This document shows positions 46,423 to 55,705 of a DNA stretch of 64,000 nucleotides, piece after piece. Origin of the DNA: Dehalococcoidia bacterium (lineage in GTDB: Bacteria; Chloroflexota; Dehalococcoidia; Lucifugimonadales; UBA3495); assembly GCA_963668585.1 (NCBI GenBank), contig OY764869.1:201880-265879 (forward strand), read 5' to 3'. The notes below the pieces were generated by a model. That model saw nothing but the letters and a program-made list of their open reading frames with translations, did not search any database and was not told the DNA's origin. Both the position numbers and the translations under genes were made by a program. Numbering within the stretch: the stretch's first letter is position 1; each line of letters starts with the position of its first letter.

Positions 46423-47259
46423 TCACCGGACGCGCGCCAGTTTCTGCACCCGCTGATTCGAGGTGTCGGCTCCATAGATGCTGCCATCCGAATCGGTGTA
46501 CACCTGGTGAGCGTATTCAAAGGTCCGCCCCCGCGCCAGGAGTTCACCGTCCAGGTTCAGAATGCTGAGCCTCGGCACCTGGTCGGTCACATAGACCGTT
46601 TGCGCGGCGTCGATGTGTATCCCCATCGGGCACTTGAAGTCCGTCCACTGATCCAAAAACTCTCCGTCGCCGGTGAACACCTGCACCCGATTGTTCTCGC
46701 GGTCGGCCACGTACACCCTGCCATCGGCGGAAACGCGGATGCCGTGCGGCACGATGAATTCCCCCGGTCCCCTACCGGGACGGCCAAAGGAAGCGATCAG
46801 CGAACCGTCGGCGGCCAGGCGATGCACGCTGGAGTTTCCGTAGCCGTCGGCCACGAACAACTCGCCGGAGGGCGCGACGCAGATGTCCGCCGGGTGGTTG
46901 AACGGGGCTTGCAGCGACGCCCGGTTGCGCGCGCCGATTGACGCCAGCAGATCGCCTTCCGGGGAGTATCTCAGAATCTGGTGCGCGTCCCGATCCACCA
47001 GGTACACGGAATCGTCGGGTCCCACATGAATGTGGTGAGCATCCGCCGGAACTCCGTCCCTGCGTTCCCACGAAGCCACCAGGTTCCCCTGCTGGTCGAA
47101 TACCAGCACCGGCGGCCCCTGGCGCTGGAACACGTACACCCGGTCCCGGCTGTCCACCGCGACGCCGCTGATCCCCTGGAATCCCTGGCCGACCGGAAGG
47201 CTGGGCCATTCCGGCTGATATTCGTACACGTAATCGCCCATTCCGACGGTAATCGCCAT
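46423..47259 (-). CDS. NHL-repeat beta-propeller protein (peptidyl-alpha-hydroxyglycine alpha-amidating lyase-like)
   Basis: Repeated xxVADxxNxRVQxF-type blades. The ATG at 47259 is preceded by GGAGG. The ORF-track N-terminal 57 aa were rejected. Confidence 0.65.
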   Translation of the reverse strand: MAITVGMGDYVYEYQPEWPSLPVGQGFQGISGVAVDSRDRVYVFQRQGPPVLVFDQQGNLVASWERRDGVPADAHHIHVGPDDSVYLVDRDAHQILRYSPEGDLLASIGARNRASLQAPFNHPADICVAPSGELFVADGYGNSSVHRLAADGSLIASFGRPGRGPGEFIVPHGIRVSADGRVYVADRENNRVQVFTGDGEFLDQWTDFKCPMGIHIDAAQTVYVTDQVPRLSILNLDGELLARGRTFEYAHQVYTDSDGSIYGADTSNQRVQKLARVR

Positions 47260-47347
47260 CTCATCCACCTCCACTGTTGATGCTCCACGATGATGATCGC
47301 ATGGAGCGGGAATCGTATCGTACCCGACTGTCGGCTCAGCGTCCGTT

Positions 47348-48547
47348 TCATGCCGAGCGAGTGACGCACCTCGCGGGATCGGACTCCTCCAGCACGTGAG
47401 GCCGGTGTCCGGTATGAATATAGTCTGCAATCAACTTGCCCGCCATTGGCCCGCGCCCGAAACCCGAAGAAGCCAGCCCACTGACGATGTACAGGTTATC
47501 CAACTGGGGTATCTGCCCAATGATCGGTCTTCCGTCCAGGGAAAATGGCATCAGCCCCGACCAGGTGCGGTTTATCGAAATGTCTCGCAGGAAGGGCAGA
47601 GTTTCGGCGGTGTGGGCGAAGTTGGTTTCAACCCCGTCCGAGTCCGTATCCCGGTCATACCCCAACAACTCCCGGTCGCCGCCGAAGACGATCTCACCGT
47701 CCCTGGTCTGCCGGCCGTAGAGATGCCTGGTCACCCGCCGCGATCCGACGTGGGTGAGTTCAGGGGGCGTGTGCGCGTCGTTGCCCGGGTTGCCGCTCCA
47801 ATGGTGGTAGGACTCCACCGATGAGATCGAATGAAACACCCGGGGAGGCAACGCCTGCGACGCCCACATCTGACCCCGCACCGGGACTATGGGTATGCTG
47901 ACCCCCAGCATCTCGCCCAGCGGCCGGCACCATGCCCCCGCCGCCAGCACCAGTTGTCGGGCGCGGTATTCTGCCTGGCCGCAGACCACGCGGTACTCCC
48001 CGTCATCGGTGCGGGTTATGTCCACCACCTCCTGTCCGGTCCGAACGTCGGCGCCGCATTGCTGGGCGGCGGCGGCCATGGCGCGGGTGGCTTTTCGGGG
48101 GTCGGCCTGTCCCCGCAGCGGGGAATGAATCGCTCCCGCCAGTTCCGGATTCAGTCCCGGCTCGATGCTGCGAGCCTCGTTGATGGTAAGCAACTCCGCC
48201 GTATAGCCGCCCGACTTCAGGGCCAGCACCCGATCCCTGGCGTATTCGTACTGCTCGGCGGTTTGAATCACCTGCAGTGCGCCGGACGCCCGGAACTCTA
48301 TGTCGTGGCCAAGGTCCAGTTGCAGACTCCGGAAAATCTGCAGGCTGCCCATGGTCAGGTATGACTCCAGGTTGGGGATGTGCCCCCAGCCCAACGCGCC
48401 GATGCCGCCGGCATTGACTCCGGACGCTTCGGAAGCAATCTCCCCGCGTTCCAGCAACGTGACGTCGCGGCCGTGCCGGGCCAGGTGATATGCGGCAGAT
48501 GTGCCGGCTATCCCGCCGCCTATGATGACGATCCCAGGGTCGGACAT
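47348..48547 (-). CDS. FAD-dependent oxidoreductase (DAO/sarcosine oxidase beta-like)
   Basis: IVIIGGGIAGTSAAYHLA motif. I prefer the ATG at 48547, which has a GAGG upstream. The GTG at 48553 is an alternative start. Confidence 0.85.
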   Translation of the reverse strand: MSDPGIVIIGGGIAGTSAAYHLARHGRDVTLLERGEIASEASGVNAGGIGALGWGHIPNLESYLTMGSLQIFRSLQLDLGHDIEFRASGALQVIQTAEQYEYARDRVLALKSGGYTAELLTINEARSIEPGLNPELAGAIHSPLRGQADPRKATRAMAAAAQQCGADVRTGQEVVDITRTDDGEYRVVCGQAEYRARQLVLAAGAWCRPLGEMLGVSIPIVPVRGQMWASQALPPRVFHSISSVESYHHWSGNPGNDAHTPPELTHVGSRRVTRHLYGRQTRDGEIVFGGDRELLGYDRDTDSDGVETNFAHTAETLPFLRDISINRTWSGLMPFSLDGRPIIGQIPQLDNLYIVSGLASSGFGRGPMAGKLIADYIHTGHRPHVLEESDPARCVTRSA

Positions 48548-48839
48548 GCTCACCTCGCTCCAGGGTTCCAGGCTGACTTGCGTCCAGGGTCAAATGGTAT
48601 TCCACAACGGCGCGGGTTGCACTTTACCACCGGAACCAAATCTTCCCCTTTCGATTCATACCCGGACCGGGCGTGTCGGCCGGTCGGCGGTTGGGCCGGC
48701 AGCATCACGGCGCACAGTCATTGCCGCACACGCCGGCGGCGCGCCGTCCCTTGACCCTGCTAAAACGCGCTGTTACCGTCCGATAATCCGGTCGGCTTTC
48801 CCGGCGGACCGGCCCGCACAGTCGGCAGGAGGCCACACA

Positions 48840-50786
48840 ATGGTTATTTCGACACAGCCGCAGGCGGAAGCATCCGCGTTGTCATCGGCGGCACACCCGC
48901 TGGACCCACTGACCGCACAGGAGATCGCCGATGCGTCGGCGATACTGAAATCCCAACAGCAACTCGGGCCGCGGGTGCGGTTCGAGACCGTGGTTCTCCA
49001 GGAACCGGACAAGTCCGTGGTTCGCGACTTTCAACCCGGTCAACCCATTCCACGCAACGCCTTCCTGGTGGCGCTGGACAATGACGCGGCGGCAACCTAC
49101 GAGGCGGTGGTGTCCCTCAACGAACGGCGCGTCGTTTCATGGCGGCACGTGCCCGGGGTGCAGCCACGGGTGATGTTCGACGAGTTCATGGAGTGTGAAG
49201 CCGCGGTGCAGGCCGATGCCCGTTTCCAGGAAGCGATCCGGAAGCGCGGCATCACCGACCCCAGCCTGGTGATGGTGGACCCCTGGTCGGCCGGCAACTA
49301 CGGGTATGAGGACGAGGAGGGTCGGCGACTGGTGCTGTGCCGCAACTTCGTCCGCTCCAGCCCCACCGACAACGGCTACGCGCGCCCCATCGAGGGTGTC
49401 ACCGCCGTGGTGGATCTGAACAGCATGGAGGTGGTCCGCGTTGACGACTACGGTCTCGTGCCGCTGCCACCACAGGACGGCAACTACGGCGCGGAGTTCA
49501 TCGGCAAGTTCCGGGACGACCTGAAGCCGTTGGACATCACGCAGCCCGAGGGGCCAAGCTTCACGGTGAACGGATGGAGCGTTGCCTGGCAGAAGTGGCA
49601 TCTCCGCATCGGGTTCACGCCGAGGGAGGGCCTGGTAATCCATACCGTGGGGTATGAAGACCAGGGGCGCATCAGGCCCGTCCTGTACCGGGCGGCGCTG
49701 TCCGACATGGTGGTTCCTTACGGCGAACCCGGCAAGGATCATTACCGCAAGAACGCCTTCGATGCTGGAGAGTATGGCATCGGCTCCCTCACCAACTCGC
49801 TGACGCTGGGATGCGATTGCCTGGGTGAGATTTACTATTTCGACGCGACCCTGAACGACGGGCGCGGCGAACCGTTCACCATCGCCAACGCCGTGTGCAT
49901 GCACGAGGAGGACTACGGGATCCTGTGGAAGCACACCGACTGGCGCATCGGACAGACCGAAGTGCGCCGCTCCCGGCGCCTGGTGGTGTCCAGCGTTGCC
50001 ACCGTCGGCAACTACGAATACGGCTTCTTCTGGTATTTCTACCAGGACGGCACGATACAGATGGAGATAAAGCTCACCGGCATCATCAATACGGCCGCCG
50101 TCGCGGAAGGCGAGATTCCCCGGCACGGCACGCTGGTCGCGCCCCAACTGAATGCGCACATCCACCAGCACTTCTTCAATTTCCGCATGGACATGAGCGT
50201 GGACGGCGAGGACAACTCGGTGTACGAAGTGAACACCGTGGCCGAGCCACCAGGCCCGGACAACCCCCACGGCAATGCCTTCTACGCGGAGAAAACCCTG
50301 CTGTCAACGGAGCACGAGGCCCAACGGGTCGTTGACCCGATGCGCGGCCGCTACTGGGTGGTCGCCAATCCTTCGGTGCAGAACTCACTGGGGCAACCGG
50401 TCAGCTACAAGTTGATGCCCGGCGAGAATATTCTGCCCTTCGCCCACCCGGACGCCAGCATCATAAAGCGCGCCGGGTTCATGACCAAACACCTGTGGGT
50501 GACTCCCTACGATCCGGAGGAAATCTCAGCCACCGGCCCCTACCCGAACCAGCATCCGGGCGGCGCTGGCCTCCCCGAATACACCAGGAACAACCGGGAT
50601 GTGGAGAACACGGACCTGGTGCTCTGGTACACCCTGGGATATCACCATGTGCCCCGCCCTGAAGACTGGCCCATCTCGCCGGTGGCATATTGCGGGTTCA
50701 GCCTGAAGCCCGTGGGCTTTTTCGATACGAATCCGGTGCTGGACGTCCCGCCGAGCGCCCACCACGGGGACCACTGCCACACCTGA
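48840..50786 (+). CDS. copper-containing primary amine oxidase (topaquinone enzyme)
   Basis: TPQ precursor motif GNYEY and copper-binding histidine regions HQHFF and GYHHVPRPEDWP. AGGAGG lies 7 nt before the ATG at 48840. Confidence 0.9.
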   Translation: MVISTQPQAEASALSSAAHPLDPLTAQEIADASAILKSQQQLGPRVRFETVVLQEPDKSVVRDFQPGQPIPRNAFLVALDNDAAATYEAVVSLNERRVVSWRHVPGVQPRVMFDEFMECEAAVQADARFQEAIRKRGITDPSLVMVDPWSAGNYGYEDEEGRRLVLCRNFVRSSPTDNGYARPIEGVTAVVDLNSMEVVRVDDYGLVPLPPQDGNYGAEFIGKFRDDLKPLDITQPEGPSFTVNGWSVAWQKWHLRIGFTPREGLVIHTVGYEDQGRIRPVLYRAALSDMVVPYGEPGKDHYRKNAFDAGEYGIGSLTNSLTLGCDCLGEIYYFDATLNDGRGEPFTIANAVCMHEEDYGILWKHTDWRIGQTEVRRSRRLVVSSVATVGNYEYGFFWYFYQDGTIQMEIKLTGIINTAAVAEGEIPRHGTLVAPQLNAHIHQHFFNFRMDMSVDGEDNSVYEVNTVAEPPGPDNPHGNAFYAEKTLLSTEHEAQRVVDPMRGRYWVVANPSVQNSLGQPVSYKLMPGENILPFAHPDASIIKRAGFMTKHLWVTPYDPEEISATGPYPNQHPGGAGLPEYTRNNRDVENTDLVLWYTLGYHHVPRPEDWPISPVAYCGFSLKPVGFFDTNPVLDVPPSAHHGDHCHT

Positions 50787-50845
50787 CCGCCGCGCGTGGC
50801 TCATTCTGTCGCCAGCCTGCTGGCGACGGGAGGGCTACCAGCGCG

Positions 50846-50912
50846 CCATTCGATTCTTCACACCAATCCATCCGCCCGCTCATCCTTCGACAGAATCAGG
50901 ATGAGCGGGCGG
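50846..50912. repeat. palindromic repeat element, locus C
   Basis: ccattcgatt box, then ccgcccgctcatcct-tcgacagaatc-aggatgagcgggcgg (15-bp perfect stem) between convergent genes. Confidence 0.8.
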
Positions 50913-51051
50913 TAGTCACCGCGATGTTGCGCCGCAGGTAGTTGCCATTAATCCGAAAATCGGATGACCCAGGGCGCCTTCAACCGTGGAGGCACAGGGA
51001 CTGGGTGAGGGTGAGCAAACTGAAATCGCCCACCCCCGGAACGCCGGCCGG

Positions 51052-51792
51052 TTATCCGGCGGGCCCGCCGCCGCCAGCCATGGGACGCGTCGCAGAACGC
51101 CGGAGGGCCATCAGGCCCACCACCAGCGCGGCGACGCCCAACAGTATCGCCACGATTCCTGCAATCAGCCCGTACATGCCGAGGCTGCTGGACTCGACGG
51201 CCTCCGCCGCCCGTCCCCGCTCGCCTTCGGGACCACTTTCACCGGCCGGCCCCGGCGCGCCCTGAGCGCCGGCAGGGCCAGGCGGCCCCTGAACACCCGG
51301 CTCGCCCGGCGCGCCGTCTTTCCCAGCCGGCCCCTGCGGTCCCGCAGGTCCGTGATCTCCCTTGGCGCCCGCCGGCCCTGGCACTCCCGACACAGCGGGC
51401 GCGCCGGTCTGAGGAGTCGGGACCGGAACGGGCGCGCCCGCTCCGGTGCGTAGGACCAGGTCAGCCCGCAACAGACCGTTTCTCCAGGCCACTTCCTCCG
51501 AAGCCCTGACGCCGGCCACGGTGAAGTAGATCAGGTTGCCTGCCGGCGGCTTGTTGATTTGGATTGGCTTGAACTTCCCGTCGTTTTCGACAACACCTCT
51601 ACCCAGTTCAGTTGAACCCTGCATGGCGACTACCACGGCGCCGGGCGGAGCCAACTGGCCGTCCAACCATGCCACTCCGCCCAGGAAAGCCGGTGGGCCG
51701 CTCGGCGCCTGCGCCGACACTGCCGCCCACGGCAGGATCGCCGTTGCCAACAACACTATTCCAACAATCGTAAGCCTGCGCAAATTCCTCAT
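51052..51792 (-). CDS. collagen-like triple-helix-repeat protein with a signal peptide and a C-terminal membrane anchor
   Basis: N-terminal signal [16 protein letters not shown]. Beta-rich domain. 20 uninterrupted G-X-Y triplets (aa 136-195, nt 51208-51387). C-terminal helix [23 protein letters not shown]. Confidence 0.75.
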   Translation of the reverse strand: MRNLRRLTIVGIVLLATAILPWAAVSAQAPSGPPAFLGGVAWLDGQLAPPGAVVVAMQGSTELGRGVVENDGKFKPIQINKPPAGNLIYFTVAGVRASEEVAWRNGLLRADLVLRTGAGAPVPVPTPQTGAPAVSGVPGPAGAKGDHGPAGPQGPAGKDGAPGEPGVQGPPGPAGAQGAPGPAGESGPEGERGRAAEAVESSSLGMYGLIAGIVAILLGVAALVVGLMALRRSATRPMAGGGGPAG

Positions 51793-52351
51793 ATATCCAA
51801 CTCCATTGCTACCCCACAGAGGATTAACATTATTCCATCAGATTCCTGATACGCCGCATCGCTCGGTTCGGTTCCAAAAAGGCAGATATTCGTTGATAGC
51901 AGCTTTCAGTCCGGTATGACGGCCTCTGGCTTCACCAGCGCCCCGTCGGCGTCTTCTGAATTGAAACACAACGTGAGCGCGAATGTCCCGACATCGCTCA
52001 ACGAGGTTCGCCCAACGAGGTTCGCCCCACCTGTGCGGTTGTCCATTGAGAGAACGGTTTCCCCGGGCCCGGATGCTGAGAGCAATCCGGGTCGGCCATC
52101 CTCATGCGATTCACGGCGACCCGCTGATCAGATCGACGTTTGCGGAAGGTTCCCACGACCCGGTGGCGCAAGCCCGGTGTCGCCGGCGACCACCGCAAAT
52201 GGAGCAACGCGTGAGCCCCGCAGCGCCAGGGCGCACGCCACGCCGTTCCTCCGGCGGGCCACCCCTGGCGTTGGACTACAGCCTAGACTCGCGGGCAGTA
52301 CGTCGGCCGCGAGCCGAGGCTGTGTCTCGGCGCAGGGATTCCAGCGTGTCC

Positions 52352-54187
52352 CTATTCGGGGAACAGCGTCAGCGCCATCGAAGCCCTGGTGTAATCGGAT
52401 TCCAACGACCCGCTCACCGCAATCGCGCCCAGCGCATCTTCCAACAGTTCGGACGCGTCGCCACTGGGAAGCCACCCGGCGTCAGAGGAGCCTCGCATGA
52501 TGGTCTGCAGGTCGAAATACGCCAGCAGGTCCCGGTTGCCGGGCAGATTGGACAGCGCGCGTTGATACTCCGGCATCGATGACAAGCCGTTCCCGCCGTT
52601 GTTCTGCTGCTCGACGACATTCTCCAACGCATCCTCGGTGGTGCCGAACGTCAGATAGCCATCGTGCATCACATAGCCGGGTTCGTAGCCGGTGCCGGGC
52701 ACCTCGAACACCACAGCGTCCTCATCTGCGCCCACGTCCACTTCATCGCTCTGGATGAAGGCATTGTCTTCAACAACATCGACGAGGTCTTCCATGGTGT
52801 CGCGGAGGTCTTCCTCCCCGTCATTTTGGTAAGAGAACAGGGCCACCACGTTGACCGCCTCTTCCTCAGGGTTGTCCTCGAAGGCTGCGAAATCAAAATC
52901 GCCAACCGCCAGCACCACCTCTCCCGCGAGGTAATCGATAAACTCGCCCTCGAAGTCAGTGCCGGTCAATTCTTCCGCGTACCACAGCATCAGATCCAGC
53001 ATATCCGACATATCGTCTCCCGGAGACAACTCCGGTGGCGAGTTCAATCCCAACTGGTAAGACGCGATTGAACTCAATTCATAGTTGAAGTCGTAGATCA
53101 GGTTCGTATCAGGGAATACGCTGGTCAGATCGTACTGTTCCAACTCGTCGCGCCACCGGTCCAGGTCAGGGTCAAAGCTGGCGGCCACGAAGCCAAGGGT
53201 GTCATCGGGCAACAGATTGCCGGGATCGCTCAAGTCCCCCGTCACCAGTTCCACGTCAGAAACCGTGGGCATCGTCACTTCCATGACCAAGCCCCGCTCG
53301 AACCAGCCTGCGGAGATTGCAACCCAGTCGGGCGTAAGGTCGAAGACTGATTCCTGGAACGGCAGCATTCCCGGCGTCGATTCGGCCAGGTCCGACGCTC
53401 TGTCGGCATGTATGTAGAACGAAGCGAACCGCTGGCTCGGCAAAGTCGCTCGGGCCGCCTGGAAGTCATCATCGTCGGCCAGTGTCCCTCCCGAACCCCC
53501 GGAGATATTGTCGATCGCTTCCTCCAGCGTATCTTCGGTGGTGGCGAACACCAGCAGATCTGACGATAGGGCAAAGGCCATTTCATCGTCTTCATCTACC
53601 CAGATATCAAAATCCTCGTATGAGTCGTCATCAAAGTCGGCGCCCTCAGAGCGTTCGAGATAATCCAGCCAGTCATCCATGAAGTCCTCGGCTGCCCCAT
53701 GATCCCTGACCCCGATGGTGAGCACCGCTTCGAAAATGCCGCTGGAGTCGTCATAGTCAATGAGCCCAACGGAAGCGTCCGGCCCAATCCAGGGCTGAAC
53801 GTCGTCTTCAAAATCGATTCCTGTTTCGTCTTCGAAATCAGCCTGCAATTCCTCCCACCAGTCTTCGAAAACCCGGTACTCATTCAATAGTTCGAACATA
53901 TCCTGCATATGGTCGAACTGGCCGCCGCCGGGAGCCAACGTCAACCAGCCATAAACGGCCGTATCGTCAGGGTAATATTGGGCTGAATGCTCCGGTGGCT
54001 TTGCGCCGGAGACCAGGGCCAGAATCGGCCCCGGAATGGGTACAACACGCAAATACATCAGGACCACTGCAATCACAACCACTACGACTACGACCGCCGC
54101 CGCCACACCACCAATTATTCCTATCTTTTTCCCGGTCAATCCCCCTCCACCATTGTCTCCACCATCGCCACCGTTCTCAACTGCCAT
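52352..54187 (-). CDS. hyper-acidic membrane-anchored protein (DUF3352-like as I recall the family)
   Basis: N-terminal Gly-rich segment plus helix GGVAAAVVVVVVVIAVVL. The ectodomain is full of D/E runs (DFEDETGIDFEDD, DFDDDSYEDFDIWVDEDDE). Confidence 0.7.
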   Translation of the reverse strand: MAVENGGDGGDNGGGGLTGKKIGIIGGVAAAVVVVVVVIAVVLMYLRVVPIPGPILALVSGAKPPEHSAQYYPDDTAVYGWLTLAPGGGQFDHMQDMFELLNEYRVFEDWWEELQADFEDETGIDFEDDVQPWIGPDASVGLIDYDDSSGIFEAVLTIGVRDHGAAEDFMDDWLDYLERSEGADFDDDSYEDFDIWVDEDDEMAFALSSDLLVFATTEDTLEEAIDNISGGSGGTLADDDDFQAARATLPSQRFASFYIHADRASDLAESTPGMLPFQESVFDLTPDWVAISAGWFERGLVMEVTMPTVSDVELVTGDLSDPGNLLPDDTLGFVAASFDPDLDRWRDELEQYDLTSVFPDTNLIYDFNYELSSIASYQLGLNSPPELSPGDDMSDMLDLMLWYAEELTGTDFEGEFIDYLAGEVVLAVGDFDFAAFEDNPEEEAVNVVALFSYQNDGEEDLRDTMEDLVDVVEDNAFIQSDEVDVGADEDAVVFEVPGTGYEPGYVMHDGYLTFGTTEDALENVVEQQNNGGNGLSSMPEYQRALSNLPGNRDLLAYFDLQTIMRGSSDAGWLPSGDASELLEDALGAIAVSGSLESDYTRASMALTLFPE

Positions 54188-54223
54188 AAACTACCTCCCT
54201 GCATGGGCCGCGTTCACACCCAA

Positions 54224-55243
54224 TCAATTATCGAAATAGGCAGTGACTTCCGCCACCACAAACTCGCCGTCAGACTCCACTTCTTCAATGTCCCAGTCCG
54301 TCGGGAGATGCCAATAGGGGAGGCCGTGATCATCAATAAGGTCTTCGATGTCATCGGCGCCTCTTTCCGCCGAGGATTCATTCCTGAACAGCATCGCCAC
54401 TTTGGCGTCGGCTGAATCCCGGTCTCCGCCGGAAAAAGACACACTTCCCGATTCGCAACCACGAATATCATCGTTATCGCAGTGGTTGTTGGCGATGACC
54501 AACCATCCTTCCCCGGCTTTAGCCATGGCTTTGTTGATACCGCTGTCAGGCTGTTGAGCCAGAAGGTCCTGGTCTCGATCCAAAGCCTTCAAAACCTCCT
54601 GCACCACCTCCGGATCATCGGCGAACCCGAGAACTACGTACTGTTGGTCACCCAACAGCGCCACATCCGAGAAAATACTGTTGCGTCCGCCTTCCCAAAG
54701 TTCGTAACCGCGATATTCGTCGTCGTCGTAATCAAGGTCATCAAGCTCATCACGGATGTCCTCAAAATCGAAACTTCCCTGCACCGCCAGCATGCTGGAG
54801 TATCGGTCAGAGTTCCGCACGTAAATCGCCGTTTCGACATCATCCAACGAGATGTCTACCGCTTCGACCCTGGGTTCAAACCAACCTTCGATAAAATCCT
54901 CCACGTCTCCCTGCACATCTCCATCGTTGATGCTTTGAACGTCGATTCGCCATACTTCTGAAGCGTCGTCGAGGACCAGGCCCATGGGATCCGAAGGGAC
55001 TGCGGGGCCCCCGCCGGAAAGCGCCACAACCAAAACAATGACTACAACTACCACTGCCGCCAAACCGCCGCCACCGGCGTAAAGCCAGGTGCGATTTATG
55101 CCACCCAATACACCCGGACCACCTCCCGACGAATCAGACCCGCCTGAAGCGCCTTCGCCCGTCGTAATCGTCCCGTTTTCACCGGGGTCATCATTGGTCG
55201 GCGGTTGGTTAGGCCCGTTCGGATTGTTGCTCTCAGTACTCAT
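54224..55243 (-). CDS. hyper-acidic membrane-anchored protein, shorter paralogue-like partner
   Basis: The ATG at 55243 is preceded by AGGAGG. Low-complexity N-terminus, helix LAAVVVVVIVLVVAL, then an acidic ectodomain (DELDDLDYDDDEYRGYELW). Confidence 0.7.
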   Translation of the reverse strand: MSTESNNPNGPNQPPTNDDPGENGTITTGEGASGGSDSSGGGPGVLGGINRTWLYAGGGGLAAVVVVVIVLVVALSGGGPAVPSDPMGLVLDDASEVWRIDVQSINDGDVQGDVEDFIEGWFEPRVEAVDISLDDVETAIYVRNSDRYSSMLAVQGSFDFEDIRDELDDLDYDDDEYRGYELWEGGRNSIFSDVALLGDQQYVVLGFADDPEVVQEVLKALDRDQDLLAQQPDSGINKAMAKAGEGWLVIANNHCDNDDIRGCESGSVSFSGGDRDSADAKVAMLFRNESSAERGADDIEDLIDDHGLPYWHLPTDWDIEEVESDGEFVVAEVTAYFDN

Positions 55244-55705
55244 TCCTGCCTCCTGAGGGGGTCCAAAGTAATGAAAACGCCCAAAAATGGGTGTGTGCAA
55301 ACCGTTACACGATGATGTCACTTATCAAGGTTTCAACGGTGTGTCAACGCATTCACGGTGCGCTGCATGGACGGTTTACAGGTAAAATTTCACAATTCGT
55401 GGCCCCGATGTTCCCGCTTTATCGTTGACCTCAACTGTCTGAATGATTGCTGCTCTCAGCACAGCAAGCATTGAATCATGCCGAGCCGGAATTGCTCACG
55501 GCGCACCGGGGGGATCACTGGAAATCGACTCGACTCATGGTCGGATCCCCAGACCGAATCCAATGACGACGAAACCGGACCCAGTGACGACAAAGTCGTT
55601 GGACTGTTCGGAAAATGGCGACGGCCGTCGCCGGCATGTTTCCGCGCTCACCTTCCGCCATGCGACGGGCGCGGGATCAGCAGGTTGGCTGGCCCTCTGG
55701 AACGG

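Noticed and set aside
48501-48839. N-terminal 113-aa extension of the amine oxidase ORF
   Set aside because: It overlaps the divergent flavoenzyme start region and lacks an RBS. A strong AGGAGG precedes the ATG at 48840.
51793-52351. RNase P RNA or tmRNA in the 559-nt gap
   Set aside because: I looked on both strands for hallmark strings (GGAAAGTCCGGGC and ACAGAACCCGGCTTA for RNase P; a tRNA-like GGTTCGA...CCACCA end for tmRNA) and did not find them. The gap remains unexplained and is not called as a known RNA.
55609-55644. Hairpin cggaaaatggcgacggccgtcgccggcatgtttccg as a terminator of the aminotransferase gene
   Set aside because: It contains a perfect 16-bp palindrome (ggcgacggccgtcgcc), but no T-run follows it on the gene strand. 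A chance GC-rich palindrome cannot be excluded.
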